From an uncultured bacterium (GTDB lineage: Bacteria > Actinomycetota > Acidimicrobiia > Spongiisociales > UBA5794), in assembly GCA_963801165.1 (NCBI GenBank), contig CAWDDT010000006.1, positions 480,001 to 544,000 of the forward strand: 64,000 nucleotides of DNA, written 5' to 3'. Below the pieces are notes generated by a model. The model ran no database searches, was not told where the DNA came from, and saw only the letters and a list, made by a program, of their open reading frames with translations. Below are positions 9,481-19,570 of the stretch, piece by piece. Position 1 is the first letter of the stretch, and each line of letters begins with the position of its first letter. The position numbers were made by a program, and so were the translations under genes.

Positions 9481-11481
9481 TCACGCGTCGGTGAAGGGCT
9501 CGACCGAGCCAGAGGAGTCCCGTAGCGGGAGTCTGATCACGAACACCGCACCGGGATCGCCCTGCTCGACCTGGATCTCCCCACCATGCTTGTCGACCAC
9601 TACCGAGCGCGCGATCGACAAACCCTGCCCGCTGCCCTTGCCGACATCCTTGGTGGTGAAGAACGGATCGAAGATCCGGTCTACGATCGCCGGCGGGATT
9701 CCCGGCCCGTCGTCGGCGACACGAATCTCCACGAAGTCTCCCCGCAGAGAGGTGGCTACCCGGATCTTGCCCATACCGGATGCTTCGCCCCTCCCCTGAT
9801 CACGCAACGCTTGTGCGGAGTTGACGAACAGGATGAGCAGACTCTGTCCCAGCGGCCCGGCGAGCGCGGGGACCTGTGGGATCGTGTCGTCCAGATCGAG
9901 CTCCATCTCGGCGACGTATTTCCACTCGTTGCGCGAAATCTGTGCCGTGGTTTTAATGACATGGTTGATGTCGACCGAGCTCTTGGAGTCCCACCCGGGA
10001 TGGGCGAAGTCCTTCATGGCGCGCACGATCTCAGCAACGCGTCTCGCACCCTCTAGCGTCTCTGCGGCCGCGTCCGGGATCTCCTCAATCAAGAAAGCAC
10101 AGTTACTTGACTCCCAGAGCGCTTTGATCTCGGCTGCTTCGTCCGCCAGGTCCGGATATCCAGCGGCCATCTCCACGAAGGCCGAGCACGACCGGAACGC
10201 CTCCGCAAGAGGATCCATCGACTCTTGGATGAACGACGCGTTGTCCGACACGAACTGGATCGGCGTGTTGATCTCGTGTGCGATCCCCGCGGCCAGCGAT
10301 CCAATCGCCTCGAGTTTCTGCGATTGCAGCAGTTGTGTCTGGGTCTCCTCGAGCTCGTGGTGGGCCGCGTGGGCTTCGTCCCGGGAGCGGCGCAGCTCGC
10401 CGTACAACTCGGCGTTGTGGAGGCCGACTCCGGTCTGGGCTGCAATCATGCGAAGGAGAGACAAATCCACATCGAGGTAGCTGCGACCTGTCGAGCTGAT
10501 CGCGATGACGCTCCCGACAACCTTCTCGTCGAGGATGACAGGTGCTGCCGCTGCCGAAGCACCCGGCCGAAAGACTGCGGAGCGTTGGGCCGCGATCTCA
10601 CCGATCCGGTCGTCGTCTCCCAGGTCCGACACGATCGCCGCCTGATTGGTGTCTGCCAGCCAGCCGCACAGCCCATCCATCGCCTCGGCATACGACCACC
10701 CCTCGAGGACGCTGCCCGCAAGACCGCGCCCTACAACTGCCGTCACCTCCTCCTTGTCGAGATCGAACAGATGGACGATCGCTTGATCGGCGCCCACAAC
10801 CTTGCGGATGATCGTCACCACGAGCTGGAGGAGAACGTCGAGGTCGAAACTGGACGCCAGGCTCCGGCTCATGTCGATGAGAGCCTCCAGCCGGTGGGCG
10901 TGCTCCTCGATCTGTCGGGACGCCTCCATATGGACCCCGACGTCCTCGATGAGTAGCTCCATCTCGCGGGCTGCGACCATGTGTGCGGTGGTGTCGTGCA
11001 CCATGATGATCGCACTCGAGTAATCGGCGACACCATCGACGCAGGGCACGGCCCATTGGATCTTGCTGTCCGTATCGGGGCCACCGAGAACACGACCATT
11101 TATGTCGCGCTCGAACTCGGTGCCGCCCTCCCAGACGACAACTATCTGGTCGAGCATCCAGCGCAACGCGTCGTCGGACAGCCCCCGCGCCAGAACGCGC
11201 CCGAGCATCGCGGAGCGATCGGAGGCGCCGACAAAGGCGAGCGCCCTGGCGTTCGCTTCACGAACGACCACCTTGCCGATGACCGAGCGGAGCAATCCCT
11301 CATCGGCTTCGAGCGTTGCCCGCAAGTCGGTCACAGCAGCGGCCCGCATCTCGTCGCAGAACGTCGCAACCCCCGACCAATCCTCCAACCAAATCGGCGA
11401 CGGCGCATGGTCCAGCATGAAACTGGCGCGACCGCCCATCACCGATGTTTCGGACTGCGTCATCGTCCCACTCTCCATCAC
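9481..11481 (-). CDS. Cytoplasmic sensor histidine kinase (PAS-like, GAF, HisKA, HATPase)
   Basis: H-box [30 protein letters not shown]; no obvious TM segment. Confidence 0.92.
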   Translation of the reverse strand: MMESGTMTQSETSVMGGRASFMLDHAPSPIWLEDWSGVATFCDEMRAAAVTDLRATLEADEGLLRSVIGKVVVREANARALAFVGASDRSAMLGRVLARGLSDDALRWMLDQIVVVWEGGTEFERDINGRVLGGPDTDSKIQWAVPCVDGVADYSSAIIMVHDTTAHMVAAREMELLIEDVGVHMEASRQIEEHAHRLEALIDMSRSLASSFDLDVLLQLVVTIIRKVVGADQAIVHLFDLDKEEVTAVVGRGLAGSVLEGWSYAEAMDGLCGWLADTNQAAIVSDLGDDDRIGEIAAQRSAVFRPGASAAAAPVILDEKVVGSVIAISSTGRSYLDVDLSLLRMIAAQTGVGLHNAELYGELRRSRDEAHAAHHELEETQTQLLQSQKLEAIGSLAAGIAHEINTPIQFVSDNASFIQESMDPLAEAFRSCSAFVEMAAGYPDLADEAAEIKALWESSNCAFLIEEIPDAAAETLEGARRVAEIVRAMKDFAHPGWDSKSSVDINHVIKTTAQISRNEWKYVAEMELDLDDTIPQVPALAGPLGQSLLILFVNSAQALRDQGRGEASGMGKIRVATSLRGDFVEIRVADDGPGIPPAIVDRIFDPFFTTKDVGKGSGQGLSIARSVVVDKHGGEIQVEQGDPGAVFVIRLPLRDSSGSVEPFTDA

Positions 11482-11496
11482 GACTTCAGGACCGTC

Positions 11497-11523
11497 CCGT
11501 CGGCGAGCGCATCCCGATCATTA
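11497..11523 (-). promoter_or_regulatory. Putative sigma28-type promoter
   Basis: TAAT-N15-GCCGACGG on the minus strand just upstream of the kinase. Confidence 0.45.
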
Positions 11524-11582
11524 GCTACCGGCGAATTCCCGAAAGATATCCGCGAACACCCGAGAGTTGTCGGCGACCGCCC

Positions 11583-11606
11583 CAGACCGTCTCAGACCGT
11601 CTCAGA
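11583..11606. repeat. 10-bp tandem repeat (CAGACCGTCT x2.4) overlapping the response-regulator stop codon
   Basis: Read directly. Confidence 0.7.
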
Positions 11607-12720
11607 TGGGAACACGAACTTTGATCGGCTCCCGGATCCCAACGTGGTCTGCAAACTGGGCGATCCTCGTCTTTGCCGCCAGCGTCACCTCGGCACCCGC
11701 GGTGAGCAGGAGCCGCCCGTCGGCCGAATAGAGATCCTCCGCGAGCTTAAGGCCCGAAACCAGGTCGGCAGCCCGGAGAGCCTTGATTGCATACCCTCCG
11801 GCGGCGACGGCCAGTTGTTCGAGCCCGTCGAGAATCTCATTTGAGATCTCGGTATGTGAGGTGCGCATTCTGTGCGTTGCGGCGCCCTCCTTGAGGCCCG
11901 CCCGCAGATAGCCGTCATAGATGGTTGCCGCCCGAATCAGCTCTATGGCAAGCTGGACCCGCCGGTCCGACGAGGGTGGAGACGCCGGCGAGAGCGCTCC
12001 CAGGATCTCGGCAACAACCTCGAGGCGGGGAATCTTGGCTATCAGGTCTCGCGCTACCTGCGGCTGCCGATCAATCACAGCCTGTTCTTTGGCGCTCAGC
12101 TCGTCTCCGGCACGCCACCGATCGACGATGTCGCTGGGTACAAGGGCGTAACCGATCTCCGAGAGAGTGGCGGCGACCTCGATGTCCCAGGGATGCGCCA
12201 CGTCGAGAGCGCGCGCAAGGGCCCCGACGTGTCCGTGCAGCCGGCTACCCCGCGCCGCGGCAACCGGGTCGCGGATCGCCAGGATCTCAGCGAGAAGGGC
12301 AACGCTGCCGCGGATGGTCTCGTCGAGAAGCTCCCTCTCCGACCTGATGAGCCGGTTGTGCTCAACCGCCTCCTGCAGCGCCCCTTGGAGGATCTCGGGA
12401 GGACAGGGCTTGCTGAGGAATCTGAAGATGTTGCCGTCGTTGACCGCCGAGATCGCGTCATTGATGTCGGATTGCCCTGTCAGCAGCACCCGTACCGAGT
12501 CAGGGAATTCTGTTCGGACCGTCGCCAGCAACTGTGCGCCGCTCATCATCGGCATCCTCATGTCGGAAACGACGACCTGGAACGGATCCGAAGACCGCAT
12601 GATCTGCAACGCCTCTGTGCCACTCTCGGCAACCGTCAGATCGAATTCCCGCCCGAGACGGCGCTGGAGCCCCTTGAGGACTCGCGGCTCGTCGTCGATG
12701 CAGATGACCCGAGGTCTCAC
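11602..12720 (-). CDS. Response regulator with REC domain and degenerate HD-GYP-like output
   Basis: IDDE, SDMRMP, FLSKP receiver motifs; the HD position reads LSEIG. Confidence 0.85.
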   Translation of the reverse strand: MRPRVICIDDEPRVLKGLQRRLGREFDLTVAESGTEALQIMRSSDPFQVVVSDMRMPMMSGAQLLATVRTEFPDSVRVLLTGQSDINDAISAVNDGNIFRFLSKPCPPEILQGALQEAVEHNRLIRSERELLDETIRGSVALLAEILAIRDPVAAARGSRLHGHVGALARALDVAHPWDIEVAATLSEIGYALVPSDIVDRWRAGDELSAKEQAVIDRQPQVARDLIAKIPRLEVVAEILGALSPASPPSSDRRVQLAIELIRAATIYDGYLRAGLKEGAATHRMRTSHTEISNEILDGLEQLAVAAGGYAIKALRAADLVSGLKLAEDLYSADGRLLLTAGAEVTLAAKTRIAQFADHVGIREPIKVRVPI

Positions 12721-13916
12721 TGGTCGTGTCCTTCCGCGATGTGCTCAGCGAGGTAGCGCCAGTCCCCCAGCGACGCTTCGATGCCTTCTGCGGCTAGATA
12801 GTCGTGGTCGATCGGGGTGCCGACGACCCCGGGGAGGAGCGGCGGCGAGATCTCATCCGCCAGCCGGGACGCGACATGGGTGACTCCCACCAGCCTGCCC
12901 CCGAATCCGGTGACGACCCCGGGACAAAGATGTTGTGCGACCCCTTCGATGACATCGTGCGGCAGCCCCCACAGACTCAGCAGAGCGGCGCCGACCTGGC
13001 CGTGGTTGACACCGAGGACGAGCTCCTCGACCTCGAGCAGGCTGCGCTGGGCGGTACGAGCCTCTTCGACGATTCTGCTCCATTCGTCGGGGAGTTGGGA
13101 CGCCAGCACGAGTACGCCGATGCTGTGGAGGAGCCCGGCGGCATATGCGGCTTCCCTCTCGGCGACCGGCACCATTTCCGCCGCGATGCGCGCTGTGGTC
13201 ACCGCATGTTCTTGGAGAGCGTCGGGTTCGAGACCGTGGTCGGAGGCACTCAGATCCAGGTCGCGGAAGGCCTCCACGCTGAGCACCAGGGTACGCAAGG
13301 TCTTGGTGCCGATGAAGACCACCGCCTCCTTGATGCTCGCCGTCGGCCGGGGGAGACCGAAGAAGGCCGAGTTGACGAGTTGTAGAACCCGGGCGGCCAC
13401 GCTCGGGTTTTCCTCCACGATTACGGCGATCTCGTCGAGCCCGACGTCCTCGGACCGCACGGCCCGCATCAGCCGGGTGTAGACAGACGGCTGGCTGGGC
13501 AGGGCGCGCATTCGCGAGACGACACCGCGCAGAATCGGGTCTTCCAGGAGCCCCCGGAGATGGAGCGCACGATCCACGGCAGCCTGCAGCTCCTCGGGAG
13601 GACACGGCTTCGCCAGGAACTGATGGACGAGCCCGACCGCCTCGTAGGTCTGATCCTTCTTGACCTGACCGGTGAGCATGATCCGCGCCGTCTCCGGATA
13701 GCGCATCCGCACCAGTTGCAGCAGCGCAAGACCGTCCACGCCCGGCATCTGGGCATCACTGACGATCACGTCTGCGCCGGTGTCCTCGAGCTGGGCGAGA
13801 GCCGCTTCGCTGTCGGCGGCGAACGACATCTCCCAATCCGGGTGACTGGATCGCATAGTGCGGCGGATTCCTCGCAGAACCCGCTCGTCGTCGTCAACAA
13901 AAAGAACGTGGGTCAT
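12717..13916 (-). CDS. Response regulator with REC and HDOD domains
   Basis: VDDD, SDAQMP, LAKP; HDOD motifs LPSQP, LQLVNSAFFG, AGLLHSIG, LLSLWGLP. Confidence 0.9.
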   Translation of the reverse strand: MTHVLFVDDDERVLRGIRRTMRSSHPDWEMSFAADSEAALAQLEDTGADVIVSDAQMPGVDGLALLQLVRMRYPETARIMLTGQVKKDQTYEAVGLVHQFLAKPCPPEELQAAVDRALHLRGLLEDPILRGVVSRMRALPSQPSVYTRLMRAVRSEDVGLDEIAVIVEENPSVAARVLQLVNSAFFGLPRPTASIKEAVVFIGTKTLRTLVLSVEAFRDLDLSASDHGLEPDALQEHAVTTARIAAEMVPVAEREAAYAAGLLHSIGVLVLASQLPDEWSRIVEEARTAQRSLLEVEELVLGVNHGQVGAALLSLWGLPHDVIEGVAQHLCPGVVTGFGGRLVGVTHVASRLADEISPPLLPGVVGTPIDHDYLAAEGIEASLGDWRYLAEHIAEGHDQ

Positions 13917-13951
13917 GTCACACCTATCGGCCGTTGGTCCTATTGCTCACG

Positions 13952-13978
13952 CTGTCGGCGTCGTGCGACACAACTTAA
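13952..13978 (-). promoter_or_regulatory. Putative sigma28-type promoter
   Basis: TTAAG-N14-GCCGACAG on the minus strand; a second GCCGATAG lies at 13924-13931. Confidence 0.55.
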
Positions 13979-14040
13979 GTTGGATCCGGGCACCGGGCCC
14001 GTGACGTTCGCTCCCGCAACACGGACGTGTACTATTCCAC

Positions 14041-14102
14041 GACAACAGCGACGAAGACAACAGCGACGAAGACAACAGCGACGAAGACAACAGCGACGAA
14101 GA
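14041..14102 (+). repeat. 15-bp tandem repeat (GACAACAGCGACGAA x4) at the 5' end of the ileS leader
   Basis: Four perfect copies directly after a TACTAT -10-like hexamer (14030-14035). Confidence 0.97.
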
Positions 14103-14344
14103 GGACGCCCGGAAGCGAAACGGCGGCCCAGCGAGCCGGGGATGGTGTGAGCCCGGCGCCTCCGGCAACCGGGCCATCACCTCCGAGCTGCGGGAAGAGC
14201 CCGGGACCACCGGGGGTAGAACTCGCCGGACACCCCGCCGCATGGGGCAACTGAGAGGCCGGGCACATTCCGGCAAACCGGGTGGTACCGCGGGGAAGAC
14301 CCGTCCCGGTGAAGGACATACATATCTTCACCTAGGACCGGAAG
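14086..14344 (+). ncRNA. T-box riboswitch (Ile specifier, translational type) upstream of ileS
   Basis: AGCGA bulge 14130-14134, apical GGTGTGA 14144-14150, ATC specifier 14176-14178, T-box AAACCGGGTGGTACCGCG 14275-14292, hairpin GTCC-GGTGAAG/CTTCACC-GGAC covering the AGGA RBS, no U-tract. Confidence 0.9.
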
Positions 14345-17300
14345 ATGACCCCACAAACCACACCAGCAAACACGGGACCCACACCAGCAAACACGGGACC
14401 CACACCAGCAAACACGGGACCCACACCAGCAAACACGGGACCCACACCAGCAAACACGGGAACCACACCCGTAAACACGGGCTCATTTGCCCGCGCCGAC
14501 GCCCAACTCAACCTTCCGGCACTCGACGCCAACATCCTCGCCTACTGGAAGAGGACGGAGGCATTCGAGAAGTCGCAGCAGCTCCGGCCCGCGGATGCTG
14601 AATACACCTTCTACGACGGACCTCCCTTTGCGACGGGAAGCCCCCACTACGGCCACATCCTCCAGGGCGTCGTCAAGGACATAGTCCCACGCTATTGGAC
14701 GATGCGCGGCCATCGCGTCGAGCGACGGTTCGGCTGGGACGTCCACGGCCTCCCTGTCGAAATGGAGGTCGAGAAGCAGCTCGGCGTGTCGGGGCCGCGG
14801 CAGATCCTCGAGTACGGGGTCGGCGCCTTCAACGAAGCCTGCCGCGCCATGGTTGAGGCGACAACGGATGAGTGGGAGGTAATCACCAACCGGATCGGAC
14901 GCTGGGTCGATTTCGAGAACGACTACAAGACCATGGATGTCGATTTCATGGAGAGCGTCTGGTGGGTGTTCAAGTCCCTGTGGGACAAAGGTCTGGTCTA
15001 CAAGGACTTCAAGGTCCTCCCCTACTCGTTCGGGGCGACCACGCCGCTGTCCAATTTCGAGGCGAATCTCGATTACCGCGACGTCGACGACCCGGCAATC
15101 ACGTTGCGTCTCGAGGTGCTCGACGGTCGCGGTGCCGTCCAGCACGGTGATTACCTGCTCATCTGGACGACCACGCCGTGGACGCTCCCTGCAAACCTCG
15201 CGGTCGCCGCCGGCGCCGACATCGAGTACAGCCGCATCGCCGGATCTCTTGGTGGCTTGTCGGGGACCTACTGGCTTGCTTCCGACCTCGTGGACCAGTT
15301 CTTCGGATCCGACCGCGAGCTGCTCGACCGCATGCAAGGCCGTGATCTGGTCGGAGTGGCGTATCAGCCCCCGTTCGATTACTTCGGCGAGAAACGCGAC
15401 CACGGCGCTTTCCGTGTCATCGAGAGCACCGACGTCACTGTTGATGAGGGTACCGGTCTCGTGCATATGGCGCCCGCCTACGGCGAGGCTGACTTCTACG
15501 CTCTCAACGATGCCGGCCTCGACGTGCTGGTCGATCCGGTAGATGCCGAAGCGCGGTTCACCGACGAGGTACCCGAGGTCGCGGGCGTCAACGTCAAGGA
15601 CGCCGACGCCACACTGATCCGGATGCTCAAGGATCGGCAGCTGATCGTGCGCCACGAGCAGATCCGTCACTCGTATCCGTTCTGCTGGCGTACCGGCACA
15701 CCGTTGATCTACAAGGCGATCCCGACGTGGTTCGTTGCCGTCGAGTCGTTCCGCGACCGCATGGTCGAGGTGAACCAGAAGATCCACTGGGTGCCCGAGG
15801 CCGTAGGCGACAAGCGCTTTGGCAATTGGCTCGAGGGAGCCAGGGATTGGGCAATCAGCCGGAATCGCTATTGGGGAAGCTGCATCCCTGTCTGGGAATG
15901 CGCAGAATTCGAGCACAGGGTCTGTGTCGGCTCTCGCCAGGAGCTGCACGACCTCTCTGGTGTCTGGGTCGATGACTTGCACAAGCACTACGTCGACGAG
16001 GTGACGTTCCCGTGCCCGCAGTGCCGCGGGACGATGCAACGGGTGCCCGAGGTCCTCGACTGCTGGTTCGAGTCGGGTTCGATGCCGTATGCGCAGATCC
16101 ACTACCCGTTCGAGAACGAGGAGCGGTTCGCACACCGCTACCCGGCCGACTTCATCGCCGAGGGCCTGGACCAGACCCGTGGGTGGTTCTACACGCTGGT
16201 CGTCCTGGGTACGGCTCTATTCGATGACGCGCCTTTCCAGAACTGTGTCGTCACCGGGATGATCCTCGCCGAAGACGGGCGCAAGATGTCCAAGAGCCTG
16301 AAGAACTACCCGGATCCCACTCACGTTCTCGACGAGTTCGGGGCGGACGCCCTCCGCGCGTATCTGATCAACTCTCCTGTCGTCCGTGCCGACCCGCTCC
16401 GTTTCTCCGAGGCCGGAGTGAGAGAGGTGGTGCGAACGGTGCTGCTGCCGTTCTGGAACGCGTACTCCTTCTTCACGACCTACGCCGAGGCGGACGGGAT
16501 CACGCTCGCCGACTTGAAGGCGGCCGCGCCACCGTCGGCACGCGCCGAGATCGACCGTTGGATCTTGTCGGTGCTGCAGAGTCTCATCCGGCAGGTGAAC
16601 GTGGAGATGGAGGACTACCGGCTCTACAACGTCATCCCCCCCATCCTGGGGTTCATCGACGACCTCACCAACTGGTATATCCGCCGCTCCCGGCGCCGGT
16701 TCTGGTCACAGCGCGGCACCGGTGATGACGCCGACAAGCTTGCCGCATTCGCCACTCTCTACGAGGTGCTGGTCACCTTCGCCGGCGTGGCTGCCCCGGT
16801 CCTCCCCTTTATCTCCGAGGAGCTTTATCAACGCCTCGTCCACGACCTCGATGAGACGACGCCGGAGAGCGTCCATCACACCGACTACCCGCTCACCGAC
16901 GCCGAGAGGATCGACATGGACCTGGAGGCCGCGATGGCAACGGTCCGCACCATCGTCAATCTCGGCCATGGCCTCCGCAAGAGACACGAGGTGAGGGTGC
17001 GCCAGCCGCTTGCTGATCTGACGGTGGTCACTCGCGACCCCTCGGTTGCCGCTGCCGTAGCGTCGCACCAGTCGCTGATCGCCGAAGAGCTGAACGTGGC
17101 GTCGGTCACGGTCGACACGATCGAAGACCACATCGTGAGCTTGTCGGCACAGGCGAACTTCAAGGTGCTTGGTCCCCGCCTCGGACCTGCGACCAAAACC
17201 GTTGCCGCCGAGATCGCCGCGCTGCCCCACGACACGATCTCGTCGCTCCTCGACGGGGCACATCTCGAGATCGGCGGAGTTGAGATTTCACCGGATGACA

Positions 17301-17647
17301 TCGTCGTGCGACGCGAACCCCGCCCCGGTCTTGTAGTCGCCGCCGAGGGACCGCTCTCGGTCGCCCTCGACGTCACAGTGACCCCGGAACTCGCCCGCGA
17401 GGGCACCGCCCGCGAGATCGTCAGCGCCATTCAGGGGGTACGGCGCGAGCTCGGCTTCGAGGTCAGCGACCGCGTGTCACTGACCTGGAGCTCCGAGGAT
17501 GCCGCCATCGTCGATGCGCTGGAGGCATACCGCGACTTGATCGCAGGGGAGATCCTGGCGACGACGGTTGCTCGCACCGAGCAAGCCCAGGCGAACACGC
17601 TCGAGATCAATGGTGCGGAGATCTCCGTGACGCTGCAGAGGCAGTGA
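14345..17647 (+). CDS. ileS: Isoleucyl-tRNA synthetase, type 2
   Basis: DGPPFATGSPHYGH, WTTTPWTLPAN, DWAISRNRYWG, GLDQTRGWF, KMSKS. Confidence 0.97.
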   Translation: MTPQTTPANTGPTPANTGPTPANTGPTPANTGPTPANTGTTPVNTGSFARADAQLNLPALDANILAYWKRTEAFEKSQQLRPADAEYTFYDGPPFATGSPHYGHILQGVVKDIVPRYWTMRGHRVERRFGWDVHGLPVEMEVEKQLGVSGPRQILEYGVGAFNEACRAMVEATTDEWEVITNRIGRWVDFENDYKTMDVDFMESVWWVFKSLWDKGLVYKDFKVLPYSFGATTPLSNFEANLDYRDVDDPAITLRLEVLDGRGAVQHGDYLLIWTTTPWTLPANLAVAAGADIEYSRIAGSLGGLSGTYWLASDLVDQFFGSDRELLDRMQGRDLVGVAYQPPFDYFGEKRDHGAFRVIESTDVTVDEGTGLVHMAPAYGEADFYALNDAGLDVLVDPVDAEARFTDEVPEVAGVNVKDADATLIRMLKDRQLIVRHEQIRHSYPFCWRTGTPLIYKAIPTWFVAVESFRDRMVEVNQKIHWVPEAVGDKRFGNWLEGARDWAISRNRYWGSCIPVWECAEFEHRVCVGSRQELHDLSGVWVDDLHKHYVDEVTFPCPQCRGTMQRVPEVLDCWFESGSMPYAQIHYPFENEERFAHRYPADFIAEGLDQTRGWFYTLVVLGTALFDDAPFQNCVVTGMILAEDGRKMSKSLKNYPDPTHVLDEFGADALRAYLINSPVVRADPLRFSEAGVREVVRTVLLPFWNAYSFFTTYAEADGITLADLKAAAPPSARAEIDRWILSVLQSLIRQVNVEMEDYRLYNVIPPILGFIDDLTNWYIRRSRRRFWSQRGTGDDADKLAAFATLYEVLVTFAGVAAPVLPFISEELYQRLVHDLDETTPESVHHTDYPLTDAERIDMDLEAAMATVRTIVNLGHGLRKRHEVRVRQPLADLTVVTRDPSVAAAVASHQSLIAEELNVASVTVDTIEDHIVSLSAQANFKVLGPRLGPATKTVAAEIAALPHDTISSLLDGAHLEIGGVEISPDDIVVRREPRPGLVVAAEGPLSVALDVTVTPELAREGTAREIVSAIQGVRRELGFEVSDRVSLTWSSEDAAIVDALEAYRDLIAGEILATTVARTEQAQANTLEINGAEISVTLQRQ
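14358..14481 (+). repeat. 21-bp in-frame tandem repeat (about 6 copies) encoding TPANTGP at the IleS N-terminus
   Basis: CCACACCAGCAAACACGGGAC x4 perfect plus 2 degenerate copies. Confidence 0.97.
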
Positions 17648-17690
17648 CTTCGTGATTACAACTTCGGTGACTACAACCTCGGTGATTACT
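17647..17690. repeat. Imperfect 14-15-bp tandem repeat (ACTTCGGTGATTACA-like x3) filling the convergent ileS/divIVA junction
   Basis: acttcgtgattaca / acttcggtgactaca / acctcggtgattact. Confidence 0.85.
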
Positions 17691-18618
17691 GCGGCGGGTG
17701 ACCGCTCTGCTCGAGGCGCTCGCGCAAACCTGCCAACCGTCGCTGGTAGAAACCGATCTCGGGATTTCTGCCCGGCAGGCCCGGAGCCTCCGTGGCATCG
17801 GGTTCGTCGCTCGCTTCGACGTCGCCGGCGCCCAGCCCATCTTCGGTGAGATCGACCGAGGCTAGGAATACCTCGCGGCGCTGGGGTTCGGGCGGTGGTT
17901 CTGGCGACTTTGTGCCTGCGAGGTCCTCGTCGATGATCGCTTGCATCGTCCCCACCTCATTGGCCGCGGTCGCCGCCAGCCGGCGAAATCTCCCCTCGGC
18001 ATCGGCGAGCGCCGTGTGGAGGACCGCGATCCTCCGCTCCAACCGCTGGGTCTCGGCGGCGGCGGCCCTCCGTGTCTCGTCTGCCTTCTCGACCGCACGC
18101 CGGACGATCTCGGTGGCCTCGTCCTTGGCCTTCGTCGTCACATCCTCGACCTCGGCATCGGCGGCGTCGCGCGACGCTTGCAGCTCGTTCTGTAGTTCTG
18201 CCCGGAGACGTTTCCGCTCCGCTTCATGACCGGAGCGGATCTCGTCGCGCTCGGCTGTGGCCCCGGCGACGAGACGCCGGGCTTCCTCTCCCGCAAACGC
18301 CTTCTCCTCCTCTGCTTCGGCGCGCAGCATCGCAGCTTCCTGCCAGGTAGAGAGCGCGCCCACGCTGTCTCCCGATGCGCCGAACACGTCGCGCATCATG
18401 CGCTCGGTGAGCTCCACGGCCTGGTGTCTGGCCCGTTGCGCGGCCATCAGGTCGTCGCCCGACGGCGGATCGGGAACCGGTGCGGCCGAATCTGTCGACT
18501 CATGGGCGGCCAGCGCGTTCACTACCCGTTGCCGGAACGCTTCCACCTCTCGAGCGTCATACGAATGCTCGGTGCCGGAGAATTGTGTGCCTCTTGCCTC
18601 GTCGCTCGAAATATCCAC
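17686..18618 (-). CDS. divIVA: DivIVA-domain coiled-coil protein
   Basis: F...YDAREVEAF N-terminal motif, long coiled coil, position after sepF-yggT. Confidence 0.75.
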   Translation of the reverse strand: MDISSDEARGTQFSGTEHSYDAREVEAFRQRVVNALAAHESTDSAAPVPDPPSGDDLMAAQRARHQAVELTERMMRDVFGASGDSVGALSTWQEAAMLRAEAEEEKAFAGEEARRLVAGATAERDEIRSGHEAERKRLRAELQNELQASRDAADAEVEDVTTKAKDEATEIVRRAVEKADETRRAAAAETQRLERRIAVLHTALADAEGRFRRLAATAANEVGTMQAIIDEDLAGTKSPEPPPEPQRREVFLASVDLTEDGLGAGDVEASDEPDATEAPGLPGRNPEIGFYQRRLAGLRERLEQSGHPPQ

Positions 18619-18687
18619 AAGTCGATCGTAATCGCTATGACCGGTCCGCGGGTTCCGCGATAGCGATTTTCAGGTACGGGCCACCAG

Positions 18688-18951
18688 TTAACAAAGAAAG
18701 TTGCGCAGGATGATGATGGCGAGAAACAGGACCATGGGCGAGAGGTCGAGCCCCATACCGCCGACCCGCACCGGGGGCAGAATCCGGCGGATCGGTCTCA
18801 GAATCGGGTCGATGGCGCGCGACAGGAAGTCATAAATGGAGCGGACCGGGTGACCCCAGCCGAGACGACCAAAGTTGACTACATAGCTGAGCACTACCCA
18901 GGCGAGCAATAGCAACATCGCCAGATAGAGAACGTTGCACAGGAGGTTCAT
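18688..18951 (-). CDS. yggT: YggT-family membrane protein
   Basis: DPILRPIRRILPP...LDLSP. Confidence 0.9.
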   Translation of the reverse strand: MNLLCNVLYLAMLLLLAWVVLSYVVNFGRLGWGHPVRSIYDFLSRAIDPILRPIRRILPPVRVGGMGLDLSPMVLFLAIIILRNFLC

Positions 18952-19559
18952 CAGTCGTGTGCCAGGCTCGTGTCATAGAGGCCAAGCGAGGCCAGGCGGC
19001 GCCTCTCGTCCACGCCCACGGTGGTGCCTTCCGGAGTGACCAGTATCACACCGGTTGCGATCTTGGCCATCCTCCCGTCGAGTGCATAGGTCAGCCCGCT
19101 CGAGAAATCCACGAGACGTCTCACCATCGCAGTCTCGGTCTCACGTAGGTCGAGAACCACGGGCCGTCCCTCCCGGATGTGATCGGCCAGAGTCTGGGCG
19201 TCTGAGAGAGTCCTGGCCTCGATCACCACCGGCTCCGTGGAGCCGCGGGCATGGGCCCTATCCATGCCCCGCGGTGGCTTGGTGGTCCGGCCGCTGGTTA
19301 CGAGAACGCCTGCTTCGGCATGCTCTGCGTTTTCCGACACCCGCCGCCGCACCGGTGCCGGCGGCTCGATTCGCCGTCCGGCGATGGCACCCGTGGCACG
19401 ACCGATACGGAGATCAGACCGGTCTCTCCTGGCTGGCCGCGGTGGTTCGACGGTGCGCACCGCACCCTGTGAGTCTTCGACAGCCGCCTCGGCAGCCTCT
19501 ATCTCGTCGTCGTCCACTAGACCCAGATAGAACATCGTCTTCTGCCAGAGTGATGCCAT
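18951..19559 (-). CDS. sepF: Cell division protein SepF
   Basis: MASLWQKTMFYLGL, RRLVDFSSGLTYALDG. Confidence 0.92.
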   Translation of the reverse strand: MASLWQKTMFYLGLVDDDEIEAAEAAVEDSQGAVRTVEPPRPARRDRSDLRIGRATGAIAGRRIEPPAPVRRRVSENAEHAEAGVLVTSGRTTKPPRGMDRAHARGSTEPVVIEARTLSDAQTLADHIREGRPVVLDLRETETAMVRRLVDFSSGLTYALDGRMAKIATGVILVTPEGTTVGVDERRRLASLGLYDTSLAHD

Positions 19560-19570
19560 TTCGTCCTCAA

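Noticed and set aside
14345-17647. ileS inverted relative to the dcw cluster as a recent rearrangement
   Set aside because: No junction repeats or mobile-element traces, and ileS next to divIVA and lspA is a normal actinobacterial neighbourhood.
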